Source of the DNA: Propionibacteriaceae bacterium
Lineage (GTDB): Bacteria; Actinomycetota; Actinomycetes; Propionibacteriales; Propionibacteriaceae
DNA: 64,000 bases
NCBI GenBank assembly: GCA_009782915.1
Contig: WRIC01000003.1
Coordinates: 15,195-79,194, forward strand
Direction of reading: 5' to 3'
A program made the position numbers and the translations under genes. Below, one piece after another: positions 8,650 to 17,182 of the stretch. Positions within the stretch are counted from its first letter, which is position 1. Each line of letters opens with the position of its first letter. The notes beneath the pieces were generated by a model. The model made no database searches and was not told the DNA's origin. It worked only from the letters and a program-made list of their open reading frames with translations.

Positions 8650-9213
8650 TCACTTGTGAAGTGAACTGATAATCCGATCATGGACGGTGTCCACATCGCC
8701 GAGACCGTCGACCTCAACGAGGAGACCGCGTTCGCGGTAGAAGGTGAGAAGCGGGGAGGTCTCATGCTCGTACACCTCAATACGGTGGCGCATCGTCTCC
8801 TCGGTGTCATCGGTACGCCCCTCAATGGCAGCCCTCTTCTTCATGCGCTCGGCTAAAGTTGCAGCATCAACCACGAGGGAGATCGCTGCATCCAGTTCCA
8901 TATCGAGCCCCGCAAGGATTTCCTCCAAATCATGGGCCTGGTGGATCGTACGTGGGAAACCATCCAACAGGAACCCTGGTTGAGCATCCGGCTGGGCAAG
9001 TCGGTCAGCGACAAGAGCCTCCACAACCGAATCTGGTACGAGATCACCAGCGTCGATGATCGCTTTCACCTGGAGACCCAACTCGGTTTCGTTAGCAATA
9101 TTCCACCTGAAGAGTGCACCAGTCGAAATCTCTGGGATCCCCAGTTCCTCAGCAACTTTCGTACCCTGTGTTCCCTTCCCGGCGCCCGGAGGACCCATGA
9201 TCAGCAATCTCAC
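8650..9213 (-). CDS. adk: Adenylate kinase, short (zinc-less lid) type
   Basis: 187 aa with P-loop GPPGAGKGT and LLDGFPRT. GTG start with an AAAGGA RBS. It is not embedded in the usual secY-adk-map context. Confidence 0.9.
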   Translation of the reverse strand: MRLLIMGPPGAGKGTQGTKVAEELGIPEISTGALFRWNIANETELGLQVKAIIDAGDLVPDSVVEALVADRLAQPDAQPGFLLDGFPRTIHQAHDLEEILAGLDMELDAAISLVVDAATLAERMKKRAAIEGRTDDTEETMRHRIEVYEHETSPLLTFYRERGLLVEVDGLGDVDTVHDRIISSLHK

Positions 9214-9299
9214 CTACTCATCCTTTCCCTAGGATTCCCCATCACCATGAACTCTACTCTTTAGACCAGTACGCTAGCCAGCAACGCTACCCCGATCCA

Positions 9300-9355
9300 G
9301 TCATTCTGCGGAGCGTAGCGACTCGCAGAATCCAGAAACCGCAGTCGGCCAACTA
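9300..9355. repeat. Family-B arm plus spacer adjoining the right inverted-repeat copy
   Basis: GTCATTCTGCGGAGCGTAGCGACTCGCAGAATCCAGA followed by a spacer. Confidence 0.85.
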
Positions 9356-9512
9356 GGTAGTCTGGACCCTGCGAGTCGCGGAGCCTGTGTTCCTCACTTC
9401 GTTCGTCAACCACTTCCTTGACCTCGGCATGAATGCAAGCATCCCTGCCCTTGGTCTGCGTCGTGGTGCTGCGGAGCGCGCCAGCGCGACTCGCAGTGCT
9501 CCGCAGGGTGAC
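9356..9512 (-). repeat. Right copy of the 157-bp perfect inverted repeat flanking adk
   Basis: It is the reverse complement of 8295-8451 with no mismatch over 157 bp, including the same nested insert (9389-9465). Confidence 0.95.
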
Positions 9513-9573
9513 AGCGTGGGCAACACAAGGGGACATACCTTTGTGTCGCGCAGAAAAACGGAATAGAGGGAGT

Positions 9574-9600
9574 GTGACAAGGGGACAGTCCCCATGTCAC
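9574..9600. repeat. Family-A hairpin GTGACAAGGGGACAGTCCCCATGTCAC, overlapping the pheA stop codon
   Basis: By direct reading, the stop TGA is the complement of 9597-9599, inside the GTCAC. Confidence 0.85.
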
Positions 9601-10523
9601 GAGTCCAAGGATTCCAGGGGGTTGAGAATGGTGAACATCCAGGTGTCCGCCTCTTCGAAATCACCGTCGCGTACCCCATCGTTGACAACCTGGGGTACCC
9701 GATCGGCGCGAGGGTAGGAACCCAGAAACAGAACCTCACGACACGTACGATGCAGTCCCATGAGCGCTTCCTGAAGTCGGCGCTCAGCAATGTGGCCCTC
9801 AGCATCAATCGAGAAATGATAGTTGCCGATCTTGTCCTTGGTGGGGCGCGACTCGATGCGACACAGATTGATCCCGCGCAAAGAAAACTGCTCCAAAACC
9901 TCCATCAGGCCACCGGGATGATCCTCATTCAAGTGAACAACCAAACTAGTTTTGTCATGGCCGCATGGTGGTTCGGGCGGGAAAGGCCGGGCCACCAAGA
10001 TGAAGCGGGTGACCGCATTCGGGTTGTCAGCGACACCCGAAGCCAGCGCCTTCAACCCATAAAGTTCACCAGCAGCCGAGGAACAAATCGCCGCGTCGTA
10101 GGGCGAATCCAGGTGGGAGACCTGCTCTGCTGCGGCAGCCGTGGACCCCTTCTCGGTGACCTCCGCATCAGGAAGATTCTCGGCCAGCCACTGGCGTACC
10201 TGGGCTGCCGCATGAGGATGGGTGACAATGTGACGTACGTCGTTCATCGAAGTGCCCGGGCGACTGTAGAGCCCGAACACCACAGGAAGCAGAATTTCCG
10301 CACGAATCTGGAGCAGCTCACCAGCCGATAGGGAATCACTAGTAGCCGTGACGATTCCCTCGATCGAGTTTTCGATGGGTACGATCCCGGCCTCCACATG
10401 ACCAGCTCTGACCGCATCCAGGCAGGAGGTCACCGAAGGGAAAGGCTGAGTCTCACTGTCCAACCCCAAGGTCAGCAGGGCCTCATGTGTGAAAGTCCCC
10501 TCGGGACCCAGGTATCCAAGCAT
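9597..10523 (-). CDS. pheA: Prephenate dehydratase
   Basis: 308 aa. N-terminal LGPEGTFTHEA, PDT domain, ESRPTK motif and a C-terminal ACT domain. Confidence 0.9.
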   Translation of the reverse strand: MLGYLGPEGTFTHEALLTLGLDSETQPFPSVTSCLDAVRAGHVEAGIVPIENSIEGIVTATSDSLSAGELLQIRAEILLPVVFGLYSRPGTSMNDVRHIVTHPHAAAQVRQWLAENLPDAEVTEKGSTAAAAEQVSHLDSPYDAAICSSAAGELYGLKALASGVADNPNAVTRFILVARPFPPEPPCGHDKTSLVVHLNEDHPGGLMEVLEQFSLRGINLCRIESRPTKDKIGNYHFSIDAEGHIAERRLQEALMGLHRTCREVLFLGSYPRADRVPQVVNDGVRDGDFEEADTWMFTILNPLESLDS

Positions 10524-10634
10524 CCCCTCACAATACCGACAACTGCTCGCAGCTGCGCGTCATTCTGAAATCTGAGAGTGTTGATCATGCAAGCAGTATG
10601 GGCAACAGAGTTGCAGCATTGGTTACCCACCTTT

Positions 10635-10670
10635 CGTCTTTCTGCGCGAAGTCGCGAATCCAGACTCCAC
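10635..10670. repeat. Solitary Family-B short arm
   Basis: CGTCTTTCTGCGCGAAGTCGCGAATCCAGACTCCAC. Confidence 0.8.
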
Positions 10671-10685
10671 AGGTGCAACTGCCCA

Positions 10686-10800
10686 AAGGGGACGGGGCGT
10701 TTGTCACATTCTGACAACAATTGTTGTTTAGCCAGACGTGTTCCATTGAGTTTCAGGTAGTGATGGGGTGGCGGGAAATGTGACAAACGCCCCGTCCCCA
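10686..10800 (+). mobile_element. Family-C MITE-like element, copy A (about 115 bp, 24-26-bp terminal inverted repeats)
   Basis: The termini are AAGGGGACGGGGCGTTTGTCACATT and AAATGTGACAAACGCCCCGTCCCC. The internal core is GACAACAATTGTTGTT...CAGACGTGTT...GGTGG. It aligns with 47378-47492 and, in reverse orientation, with 60433-60547. Confidence 0.8.
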
Positions 10801-10817
10801 TTTGTCCGTTTGTCACA

Positions 10818-11303
10818 CTACTGGTTGAGGGGTACGTGGAAGGACTCGGTGGCCCGTACTGTTGCTTGGGCGCGCTGGCGTACCTCACCACGGTGATTGA
10901 TGGTCTCGTACTCGATCCCCAGGATGCCCACCTCGGGTTTGGTCTGTGAGCGCCGTTTCGAGGTGATGCGCCCAACAAGACTCAGTCGGTCCCCCGGGCG
11001 TGTGGCGCTCGGCCAGGCAAGAGCAACACCCAACCCGATCGTGTCAGTGAAACCCGCATCACACAACAGTCTCATGGTCATCGCCGCGGTGTGCCACCCC
11101 GAAGCCGACAATCCATGAAACGCGGTCTCCTGAGCGGTGTCATCACCCAGATGCCCCGGCTGCGGATCATAGGTTCGGGCAAAGTCAATGATCTCCTCCG
11201 CAGTCACCTCAATCTCTATCGTTGACCGAAAAGTGTCGCCACCATTGATCGCATCCAACCAATCAGACTCATACATGGTCCTATGGTACGCGCGTAAGCT
11301 CAC
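10818..11303 (-). CDS. MaoC-like (hotdog-fold) dehydratase family protein
   Basis: 161 aa. Size and sequence pattern fit MaoC/hotdog proteins. The call is from memory; no catalytic motif was verified. Confidence 0.6.
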   Translation of the reverse strand: MSLRAYHRTMYESDWLDAINGGDTFRSTIEIEVTAEEIIDFARTYDPQPGHLGDDTAQETAFHGLSASGWHTAAMTMRLLCDAGFTDTIGLGVALAWPSATRPGDRLSLVGRITSKRRSQTKPEVGILGIEYETINHRGEVRQRAQATVRATESFHVPLNQ

Positions 11304-11309
11304 CCGCCC

Positions 11310-11432
11310 CCGTCTTTCTGCGCACTGCGAGTCGCGCTGGCGCGCTCAGCAGCACAGGCTCCGTCGCAGAATCCAATGAACAGTCGACAATTGTCCAGTC
11401 TGATGGGCCCTGCGACTTCGCGCAGGGAGACG
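11310..11432. repeat. Family-B element, long-arm variant
   Basis: The sequence is CGTCTTTCTGCGCACTGCGAGTCGCGCTGGCGCGCTCAGCAGCACAGGCTCCGTCGCAGAATCC, spacer, CCCTGCGACTTCGCGCAGGGAGACGG. Confidence 0.85.
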
Positions 11433-11487
11433 GTGGTAGAAGCACATGGGTGCCAGTGAAGCGGGCATCGCTGCCATGTTGCTGGGT

Positions 11488-11769
11488 TCACAGACCAAAC
11501 TCTGCACGCCGATTCTCAGGAACCAGTTCCACGAACTCATCATGGGTGGAGATATAGGCAGAAATAAACGGACAATAGGGCAGGACGCTCCATCCTTCGT
11601 CTCGCGCATGAGTTAGTACGTGGCGTACGAGACCCCCTGCGATCCCCTGACCTGAATACTCCTGGGGTACCTCGGTGTGGGTGAGTGCCATGTGTTCCCC
11701 CTTGGTACGAAACGTGACCAACCCCACGAGCTCACCATCACTACGCGCCTCAAACTTGGTACCCACCAT
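11488..11769 (-). CDS. GNAT-like N-acetyltransferase (short YjdJ-type, about 93 aa)
   Basis: The C-terminal part of the ORF, ELVGLVTFRTKGEHMALTHTEVPQEYSGQGIAGGLVRHVLTHARDEGWSVLPYCPFI, fits the short GNAT family. The track ORF extends to 11895 across a repeat unit, so I prefer the ATG at 11767-11769. Confidence 0.6.
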   Translation of the reverse strand: MVGTKFEARSDGELVGLVTFRTKGEHMALTHTEVPQEYSGQGIAGGLVRHVLTHARDEGWSVLPYCPFISAYISTHDEFVELVPENRRAEFGL

Positions 11770-11837
11770 CGAATAGTCCACAGCACCATCGTCCCATACC
11801 GAGGTCAAAGATAACAGGATGTGGCAAGAAAGCAGAC

Positions 11838-11874
11838 GGTGACAAACGCCGACGGACGGAGGTATTTTTGTCAC
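11838..11874. repeat. Family-A variant GTGACAAACGCCGACGGACGGAGG...TTTGTCAC
   Basis: It matches the variant at about 8536-8560. Confidence 0.7.
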
Positions 11875-11875
11875 T

Positions 11876-13264
11876 ATGCTGGGGACTATGGACATCGAGG
11901 TAGCTCAGTGGTTGGTGTCGGGTGACGCTGAGGAAGCCATCTCCTTCGCCGAGAGTTTCGATGATCCCACCAGCCTGCGTACCGGCGAAAAACTACGCCA
12001 GCTCCTCCCTGCTGACAAGGCTGTTGCCGTACTCGATCTGGTCACTTGTCGCCGACGGGCCGTACCCAAACTCGGTGAGCTCGCCCCCCTGCTCTATCTC
12101 ACCCGGGACTCCCTCGAACAGGCCACCCGCTGGGATGTGGCCCAGTGGAGGGCACGGCGCCTAGTCGAGTACGCGGTGACCAGTGTGACGGACGGCGGAT
12201 GTGGTGTCGGAATCGACTCCCTAGGATTCCTGGCTGCCGGACTCAACGTTATCGCCCTGGAACGCGACCCTGTGTTGGCCACTTTTGCTACCGCGAACCT
12301 GCGCGCTGTTGTGGGGGAGCAATCCACTCAATGGGGACCCACCACAGTTCAGATCGATGGACCCTGCGACGGAGCCTGTGCTGCGGAGCGCGCCAGCGCG
12401 ACTCGCAATGCGCAGGGAGACGACCCACTCCGTCTTTCTGCGCGAAGTCGCAGAATCCAGAAACCACAGTCATGCGGTGATGATGCGGCTCCATCCTTTG
12501 AGGTACGAACTATCGACCTCACCGAGTCAGAGGATTGGATGCCCACCGAGGACCACCACGTGCTATTCCTGGACCCTGCTCGGCGTACTTCGCGGGGACG
12601 CTCCTGGGACATCAAAGACCTAAGTCCCTCGTGGGAGTTTGTTGAATCGATGATCGGACGGGTTCCCGGTGGGGTGGTGGCCAAACTCGCCCCAGGGTTC
12701 CCTCATCACCTGCTCCGCGATGAGGACCACGTCACCTGGGTTTCTCACCACGGCACCTTGGTGGAAACCACACTGTGGGCGGGTCTCGATGTTCCCTCAC
12801 GCCGGGATGTGATCGTGATCACCAAAGGAGCGAAGGGGCTTGGCCCGCAACTGAACACTCTCCACATCGGCGATCACCAGCTTCCCGCCCCTGGTCCTCT
12901 TGGGCAGTACGTCTATGAGCCTGATCCTGCGATCATTCGTGCTGGTGGAATCCCGGATATTGCCCAGCTCACCTCTAGTCATCCTGTCGCTGAATCCATC
13001 GCGTACCTCACCAGCGACCTTCTGATCCCAACCCCCTTTGCCACTGCTTTCCGGGTGATCGAGGTTTTCCCCTATAGCGAGAAGGCCCTCAAGTCGTGGG
13101 TACGCTCCACCAAGATCGGCACCTTGGAGATTAAGGTACGCGGACTCGGCATCGACCCCGCTGAGCTTCGCCCCCGCCTCAAACTCGCAGGCAAAACCCA
13201 GGCCACCATCATCCTCACCCCCACCATCCATGGCCCGCAGAACCTGGTAGTTGAGCGACTATAA
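11876..13264 (+). CDS. Class I SAM-dependent methyltransferase with a THUMP-like C-terminal region, carrying a repeat-derived in-frame insert
   Basis: 462-aa continuous ORF with SAM motif I DGGCGVGIDS. The C-terminal half resembles THUMP-like-domain methyltransferases. The call is from memory. Confidence 0.7.
   Translation: MLGTMDIEVAQWLVSGDAEEAISFAESFDDPTSLRTGEKLRQLLPADKAVAVLDLVTCRRRAVPKLGELAPLLYLTRDSLEQATRWDVAQWRARRLVEYAVTSVTDGGCGVGIDSLGFLAAGLNVIALERDPVLATFATANLRAVVGEQSTQWGPTTVQIDGPCDGACAAERASATRNAQGDDPLRLSARSRRIQKPQSCGDDAAPSFEVRTIDLTESEDWMPTEDHHVLFLDPARRTSRGRSWDIKDLSPSWEFVESMIGRVPGGVVAKLAPGFPHHLLRDEDHVTWVSHHGTLVETTLWAGLDVPSRRDVIVITKGAKGLGPQLNTLHIGDHQLPAPGPLGQYVYEPDPAIIRAGGIPDIAQLTSSHPVAESIAYLTSDLLIPTPFATAFRVIEVFPYSEKALKSWVRSTKIGTLEIKVRGLGIDPAELRPRLKLAGKTQATIILTPTIHGPQNLVVERL
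12358..12470 (+). repeat. Family-B element (long arm plus short arm) lying in frame inside the methyltransferase ORF
   Basis: The DNA reads GGACCCTGCGACGGAGCCTGTGCTGCGGAGCGCGCCAGCGCGACTCGCAATGCGCAGGGAGACG...CGTCTTTCTGCGCGAAGTCGCAGAATCCAGAAACC. It is translated as GPCDGACAAERASATRNAQGDDPLRLSARSRRIQKPQ. Confidence 0.9.
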
Positions 13265-13265
13265 C

Positions 13266-13288
13266 AAAGGGGACGGGGCGTTTGTCAC
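13266..13288. repeat. Family-A unit AAAGGGGACGGGGCGTTTGTCAC between two convergent genes
   Basis: It contains the cydDC stop codon (complement of 13285-13287). Confidence 0.9.
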
Positions 13289-16200
13289 ATGGTGAGTACG
13301 CGATCGCAGCGCGCTGCTACGGACTCATCGTGGGAGATAACCAGGATGGGGCGCTGATCTACACCAGCGAATAGTTCATCCATGAGGGCATCGGCGGTTT
13401 CACGATCCAGGTGTTCGGTTGGTTCATCGAGGATCAGCAAACGATAGTCACCCACGAACAGCCGCGCGAGAGCCAGGCGGCGAGCCTCCCCACCCGACAG
13501 GCCCACACCCATTTCACCTGTTTGACGGTCCAACGGAATATCTAAACCAGCCTCCACCAAAGCCGCGCGTACCTCATCTTCGGAAGCATCCTTATTCCCG
13601 ATGCGAACATTCTCAGAAATCGTGGTGGAGAAAATGTGGGCATCCTGCGCAAGATAACCGATCCGGCCCGCAGTCACCAGCTCACCATCCACCACAGGAA
13701 TCAACCCCATGATTGTCGCCGCCAATGTGGTCTTGCCCACACCGGAGGGACCCATCACACCCACAGCTTCACCGGCACGAAGACTCAACTCCAACCCATC
13801 AGCAACACGGTCAAAACCAGGCCACCCAATCGCGAGCCCCTTCGCCACCAGGGACGGCTCCTCGCTCGCATCGCGCACCTGAACATCCCCGATCCCGATC
13901 GGCGGCGCATCAATAATCGACGTCACGCGCAACAGAGATGCCTTCGCCCGAGTCCAGGTTTGGGCGGCTTGAGCGAAGTTCGCAAACACCTCATGCAACG
14001 CTAAGGGTACGAGCACCATCACCGCGAGCATTGTCTCCCCCAAAGACCCGTTAACCACACCCACAGCACCAATAATCAGACCACCCAGGACGCCAATCCC
14101 CGAAGCCAACACCTGCAACCCTGCGCCGATCCCCTTGGCCCACGCTGACTTTTCCTCAACATCAACAAGCGCCTGATCCACCGCGTCCATCCGCTCAATG
14201 GCCTGCCCGCGCGCTCCATAGGCAGCCAGGTCAATCGCATTACGCGACAGGTCATGAACCACCACACCCAGGTCGCCACGCAGGGGTACGGCTCGTTCAT
14301 CATCGCGCAGGGACACCCGCTGGGTCAGCCAGGGGACGAGCAGACCACCCCCGATAGCTGACACCAACACGGCCACAGCAACACCTGGGGAGAACACAGC
14401 CAACATCGCGCACACACCTAGGACCACCACACCAGCCGACAGGAAGGGCTGCACGATGCGGACAATCACATCCTCGATACCATTCACATCAGCCACCACC
14501 CGTACCAACAAATCACCCTGCTTGCGGCCCAACAACGTGGTTTTCGCCAGAGCTTGGTAGGTCTTCAACCGAAGGGCCGACTGCATGGACAGGGCAACCG
14601 AGTGTCCCACCAGGCGCTCCACGTACCGGAAAACCCCACGCGAGATACCAAAGAACCGCACCCCCACCGCAGCCACAGCCAGCGCCTCAAACAGCGGATG
14701 CTGGGCGGCACGCGACAACATCCACGCCGAGGTACCCATCAGCGCAATCGTTGCCCCCGAGGCTAGCGCACTGAGCAGGATCGCCAACGCGAGACGACCC
14801 TTCGCACCGGGCACGGCATTCAGCAGGCGGTACACCAACCTCAGCAAAGGGGAACCTTTCGCCAGGAGAGAGGGTACGGGTTTCTCTTCATCTTCAACCA
14901 GTACGGGCGGGCGCTTCTCACCCGTGGCGTCTCCGGTGTTGTCTTGTGAAGTCTCCTGGGTTTCTTCGGGTTCCTCACTTTCATCAGAAACCGTAGCTTC
15001 CACCAACTCTCCAGTTTTATCCGGCTTCTCCAAGCTTCCAGCTGTCTCCAGTTCCTCCGCTTCCATGGCGGTTTCACCAACGACCTCTCCCCCAGTTTCG
15101 TCAGCCAGTGCTGGCAATGATTCCACGTCGCGTGGGTTGATTTCGACGACACGATCAGCTTCCTGCAGTACGGCCGATCTGTGCGACACCACGAGTGCTG
15201 TGGCACCCGAGTCGCGCACACTGCTGAGCACCTTCGCCTCCGTATCAGTGTCCAACCCTGCTGTTGGCTCATCCAGGATCAAAAAGCGAGCCGTACCATA
15301 ATTGATTCGGGCCAGGGCGCGGGCAATACCCACCCGGCGACGCTCCCCCACTGAGAGCCCCTCCCCTTCTTCCCCGACTTCACGGGAGGGTTCCAGGTTT
15401 CCAGCCCCCGCTAAACCTAGAACCTCGCGTACCTGCTCTTCGGTGGCTTGCCGATAACCCAGGCGTACGTTATCGGCAATCGTGCCATCGAGCATTCCGG
15501 GGATCTGCGGGACATAAGCGATCGTTTCACGCCACCTGTCCAGATCGAGTACACGGGCGTCCACACCACCCAAGGTCAGCGCCACATCCTCAGTTTCACT
15601 GGGGGTGAGGAAACCCAGGATGCAGTTCACGACAGTGGTCTTACCGCCACCGGATTTCCCGGCGAGGGCAACAATCTCACCAGGGTTGACCTCAAGGGTG
15701 AAGGGTCCCACGGTGGTGCCCGTCTGCGGGTAGGTGTACGCGAGGTTGTTGATCACCACCGAGGGTGGGTAGTTGTCATCCCCCGTCTTTCTGCGGGAGG
15801 TCGCAGAATCAATAAGCACACTGGGTAGCGAGATAGTATCTGGACCCTGCGAGTCGCTTCGCTCCGCAGGGTGACGGGAGGGGGGGGCATCATCCGCAGG
15901 GAGACGGGGAGGGAGTGCACCGTCCGCAGTAAGACGGGGAGGGAGTGCACCGTCCGCAGGGTGACTAGGTTCGGGGACACCGGCGCGGTCGATTTCTTTG
16001 AAAGCCGCCTCAGCGGCAGCCAATCCGTGGGCGGAGTCGTGATAATGGACACCCACTTGGCGAATGGGCAGATAAACCTCGGGGGCGAGAACAAGAACGA
16101 ACAATGCGGCATAGAAATCCACCTGCCCGTAGAGCAGGCGCGTACCAATCACTAAAGCGATCACCGCCACAGCCAGTGTGGCGAATAATTCCAAGGTGAA

Positions 16201-16983
16201 GGCCGACAGAAAAGCCATACGCAGGATCCCTAGGGTTTCACGGCGGTTGGCATGTTCGGTACGTTTCAGACCTTGGGCTTGAGCCTTGGCACGACCAAAC
16301 ACCTGAAGGGTGGGTAATCCCGAGATGAGGTCTGCGAAATGGTTGGCGAGACGGGCCTGAAAAGCCCACCTGGTAGCAATCTTTTTCTCAGTGTTTTTCC
16401 CGATCAGAATCATGAGGATAGGAATGAACGGAATGGTCACAGCAATGATCGCTGCAGAGAGCAGGTCATTGGTCACCACAGCAACCAGGAGAATGACCGG
16501 TACGGTTGCGGCCAGCAACAGTTGGGGAAGATATTTAGAGAAATACCCATCAAGGGCATCCAACCCTTGAGTCACCAGGTTAACCAGGTTCGACGAGGAG
16601 GATGTCTGATGCGCGGGATGATCCAAGCGGGCAGCAAGAATATCCCTGCGCAACTGGGATTTCACAGCAGCAGAGGTACGCTGGGCGAGCCACGCGGACA
16701 ACCAGGCGAGAATCCCACGACCAACCAAAACAAGGATCAACAACCCCACAGCCAACGCAACACCCTCCATGGTGTGGGAGGCAAACACATCGGTCACAGA
16801 CCGCGAGATCAGATGGGCTTGACAAAGGATCAGTACGGCAGTCAGGCATCCCACCACCACACCAGAGATGAGATACCCCTTGGTTGCTGAGGCTCGCCTA
16901 ATCAGCCGAGGATCAATCGGACCACGCCCGCGCTGCTTCTCGGTCGAGGGTTGGGTTTCAGTTTCTGCCATGTCATCCTTCAC
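13285..16983 (-). CDS. cydDC: Fused CydD-CydC thiol-reductant ABC exporter (two TMD-NBD halves in one 1232-aa polypeptide)
   Basis: Walker A motifs GKSGGGKTT and GPSGVGKTT; signatures LSVGERRR and LSGGEARR; Walker B LILDEPT in both halves. An acidic linker of about 70 aa joins the halves. It sits downstream of cydAB. Confidence 0.85.
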   Translation of the reverse strand: MKDDMAETETQPSTEKQRGRGPIDPRLIRRASATKGYLISGVVVGCLTAVLILCQAHLISRSVTDVFASHTMEGVALAVGLLILVLVGRGILAWLSAWLAQRTSAAVKSQLRRDILAARLDHPAHQTSSSSNLVNLVTQGLDALDGYFSKYLPQLLLAATVPVILLVAVVTNDLLSAAIIAVTIPFIPILMILIGKNTEKKIATRWAFQARLANHFADLISGLPTLQVFGRAKAQAQGLKRTEHANRRETLGILRMAFLSAFTLELFATLAVAVIALVIGTRLLYGQVDFYAALFVLVLAPEVYLPIRQVGVHYHDSAHGLAAAEAAFKEIDRAGVPEPSHPADGALPPRLTADGALPPRLPADDAPPSRHPAERSDSQGPDTISLPSVLIDSATSRRKTGDDNYPPSVVINNLAYTYPQTGTTVGPFTLEVNPGEIVALAGKSGGGKTTVVNCILGFLTPSETEDVALTLGGVDARVLDLDRWRETIAYVPQIPGMLDGTIADNVRLGYRQATEEQVREVLGLAGAGNLEPSREVGEEGEGLSVGERRRVGIARALARINYGTARFLILDEPTAGLDTDTEAKVLSSVRDSGATALVVSHRSAVLQEADRVVEINPRDVESLPALADETGGEVVGETAMEAEELETAGSLEKPDKTGELVEATVSDESEEPEETQETSQDNTGDATGEKRPPVLVEDEEKPVPSLLAKGSPLLRLVYRLLNAVPGAKGRLALAILLSALASGATIALMGTSAWMLSRAAQHPLFEALAVAAVGVRFFGISRGVFRYVERLVGHSVALSMQSALRLKTYQALAKTTLLGRKQGDLLVRVVADVNGIEDVIVRIVQPFLSAGVVVLGVCAMLAVFSPGVAVAVLVSAIGGGLLVPWLTQRVSLRDDERAVPLRGDLGVVVHDLSRNAIDLAAYGARGQAIERMDAVDQALVDVEEKSAWAKGIGAGLQVLASGIGVLGGLIIGAVGVVNGSLGETMLAVMVLVPLALHEVFANFAQAAQTWTRAKASLLRVTSIIDAPPIGIGDVQVRDASEEPSLVAKGLAIGWPGFDRVADGLELSLRAGEAVGVMGPSGVGKTTLAATIMGLIPVVDGELVTAGRIGYLAQDAHIFSTTISENVRIGNKDASEDEVRAALVEAGLDIPLDRQTGEMGVGLSGGEARRLALARLFVGDYRLLILDEPTEHLDRETADALMDELFAGVDQRPILVISHDESVAARCDRVLTM
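15781..15965 (-). repeat. Family-B element plus a 30-nt tandem array lying in frame inside the CydD half
   Basis: The coding strand reads ...CTGCGGACGGTGCACTCCCTCCCCGTCTTA x2.5, then GTCACCCTGCGGAGCGAAGCGACTCGCAGGGTCCAGA, spacer, GATTCTGCGACCTCCCGCAGAAAGACGG. It is translated as ADGALPPRLTADGALPPRLPADDAPPSRHPAERSDSQGPDTISLPSVLIDSATSRRKTG. Confidence 0.9.
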
Positions 16984-17050
16984 GAATCGCTGGGTCTCAT
17001 TCTAGGGGGTGGGACAGTGGGAGGTAGGCACCGAGTCACACCCCACCACT

Positions 17051-17172
17051 GTCATTCCGCGGAGCACTGCGAGTCGCTTCGCTCCGCGGAATGACGGTGG
17101 TGGTGGGTCGGTGGGTGTGTGACAAACGCCCCGTCCCCTGGGACAGGTGTGTGACAAACGCCCCGTCCCCTG
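17051..17172. repeat. Family-B palindromic arm (17051-17095) and two Family-A units (17119-17140, 17151-17172)
   Basis: The arm is GTCATTCCGCGGAG...CTCCGCGGAATGAC. The Family-A units are GTGACAAACGCCCCGTCCCCTG x2. Confidence 0.9.
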
Positions 17173-17182
17173 GGGCAAATAA

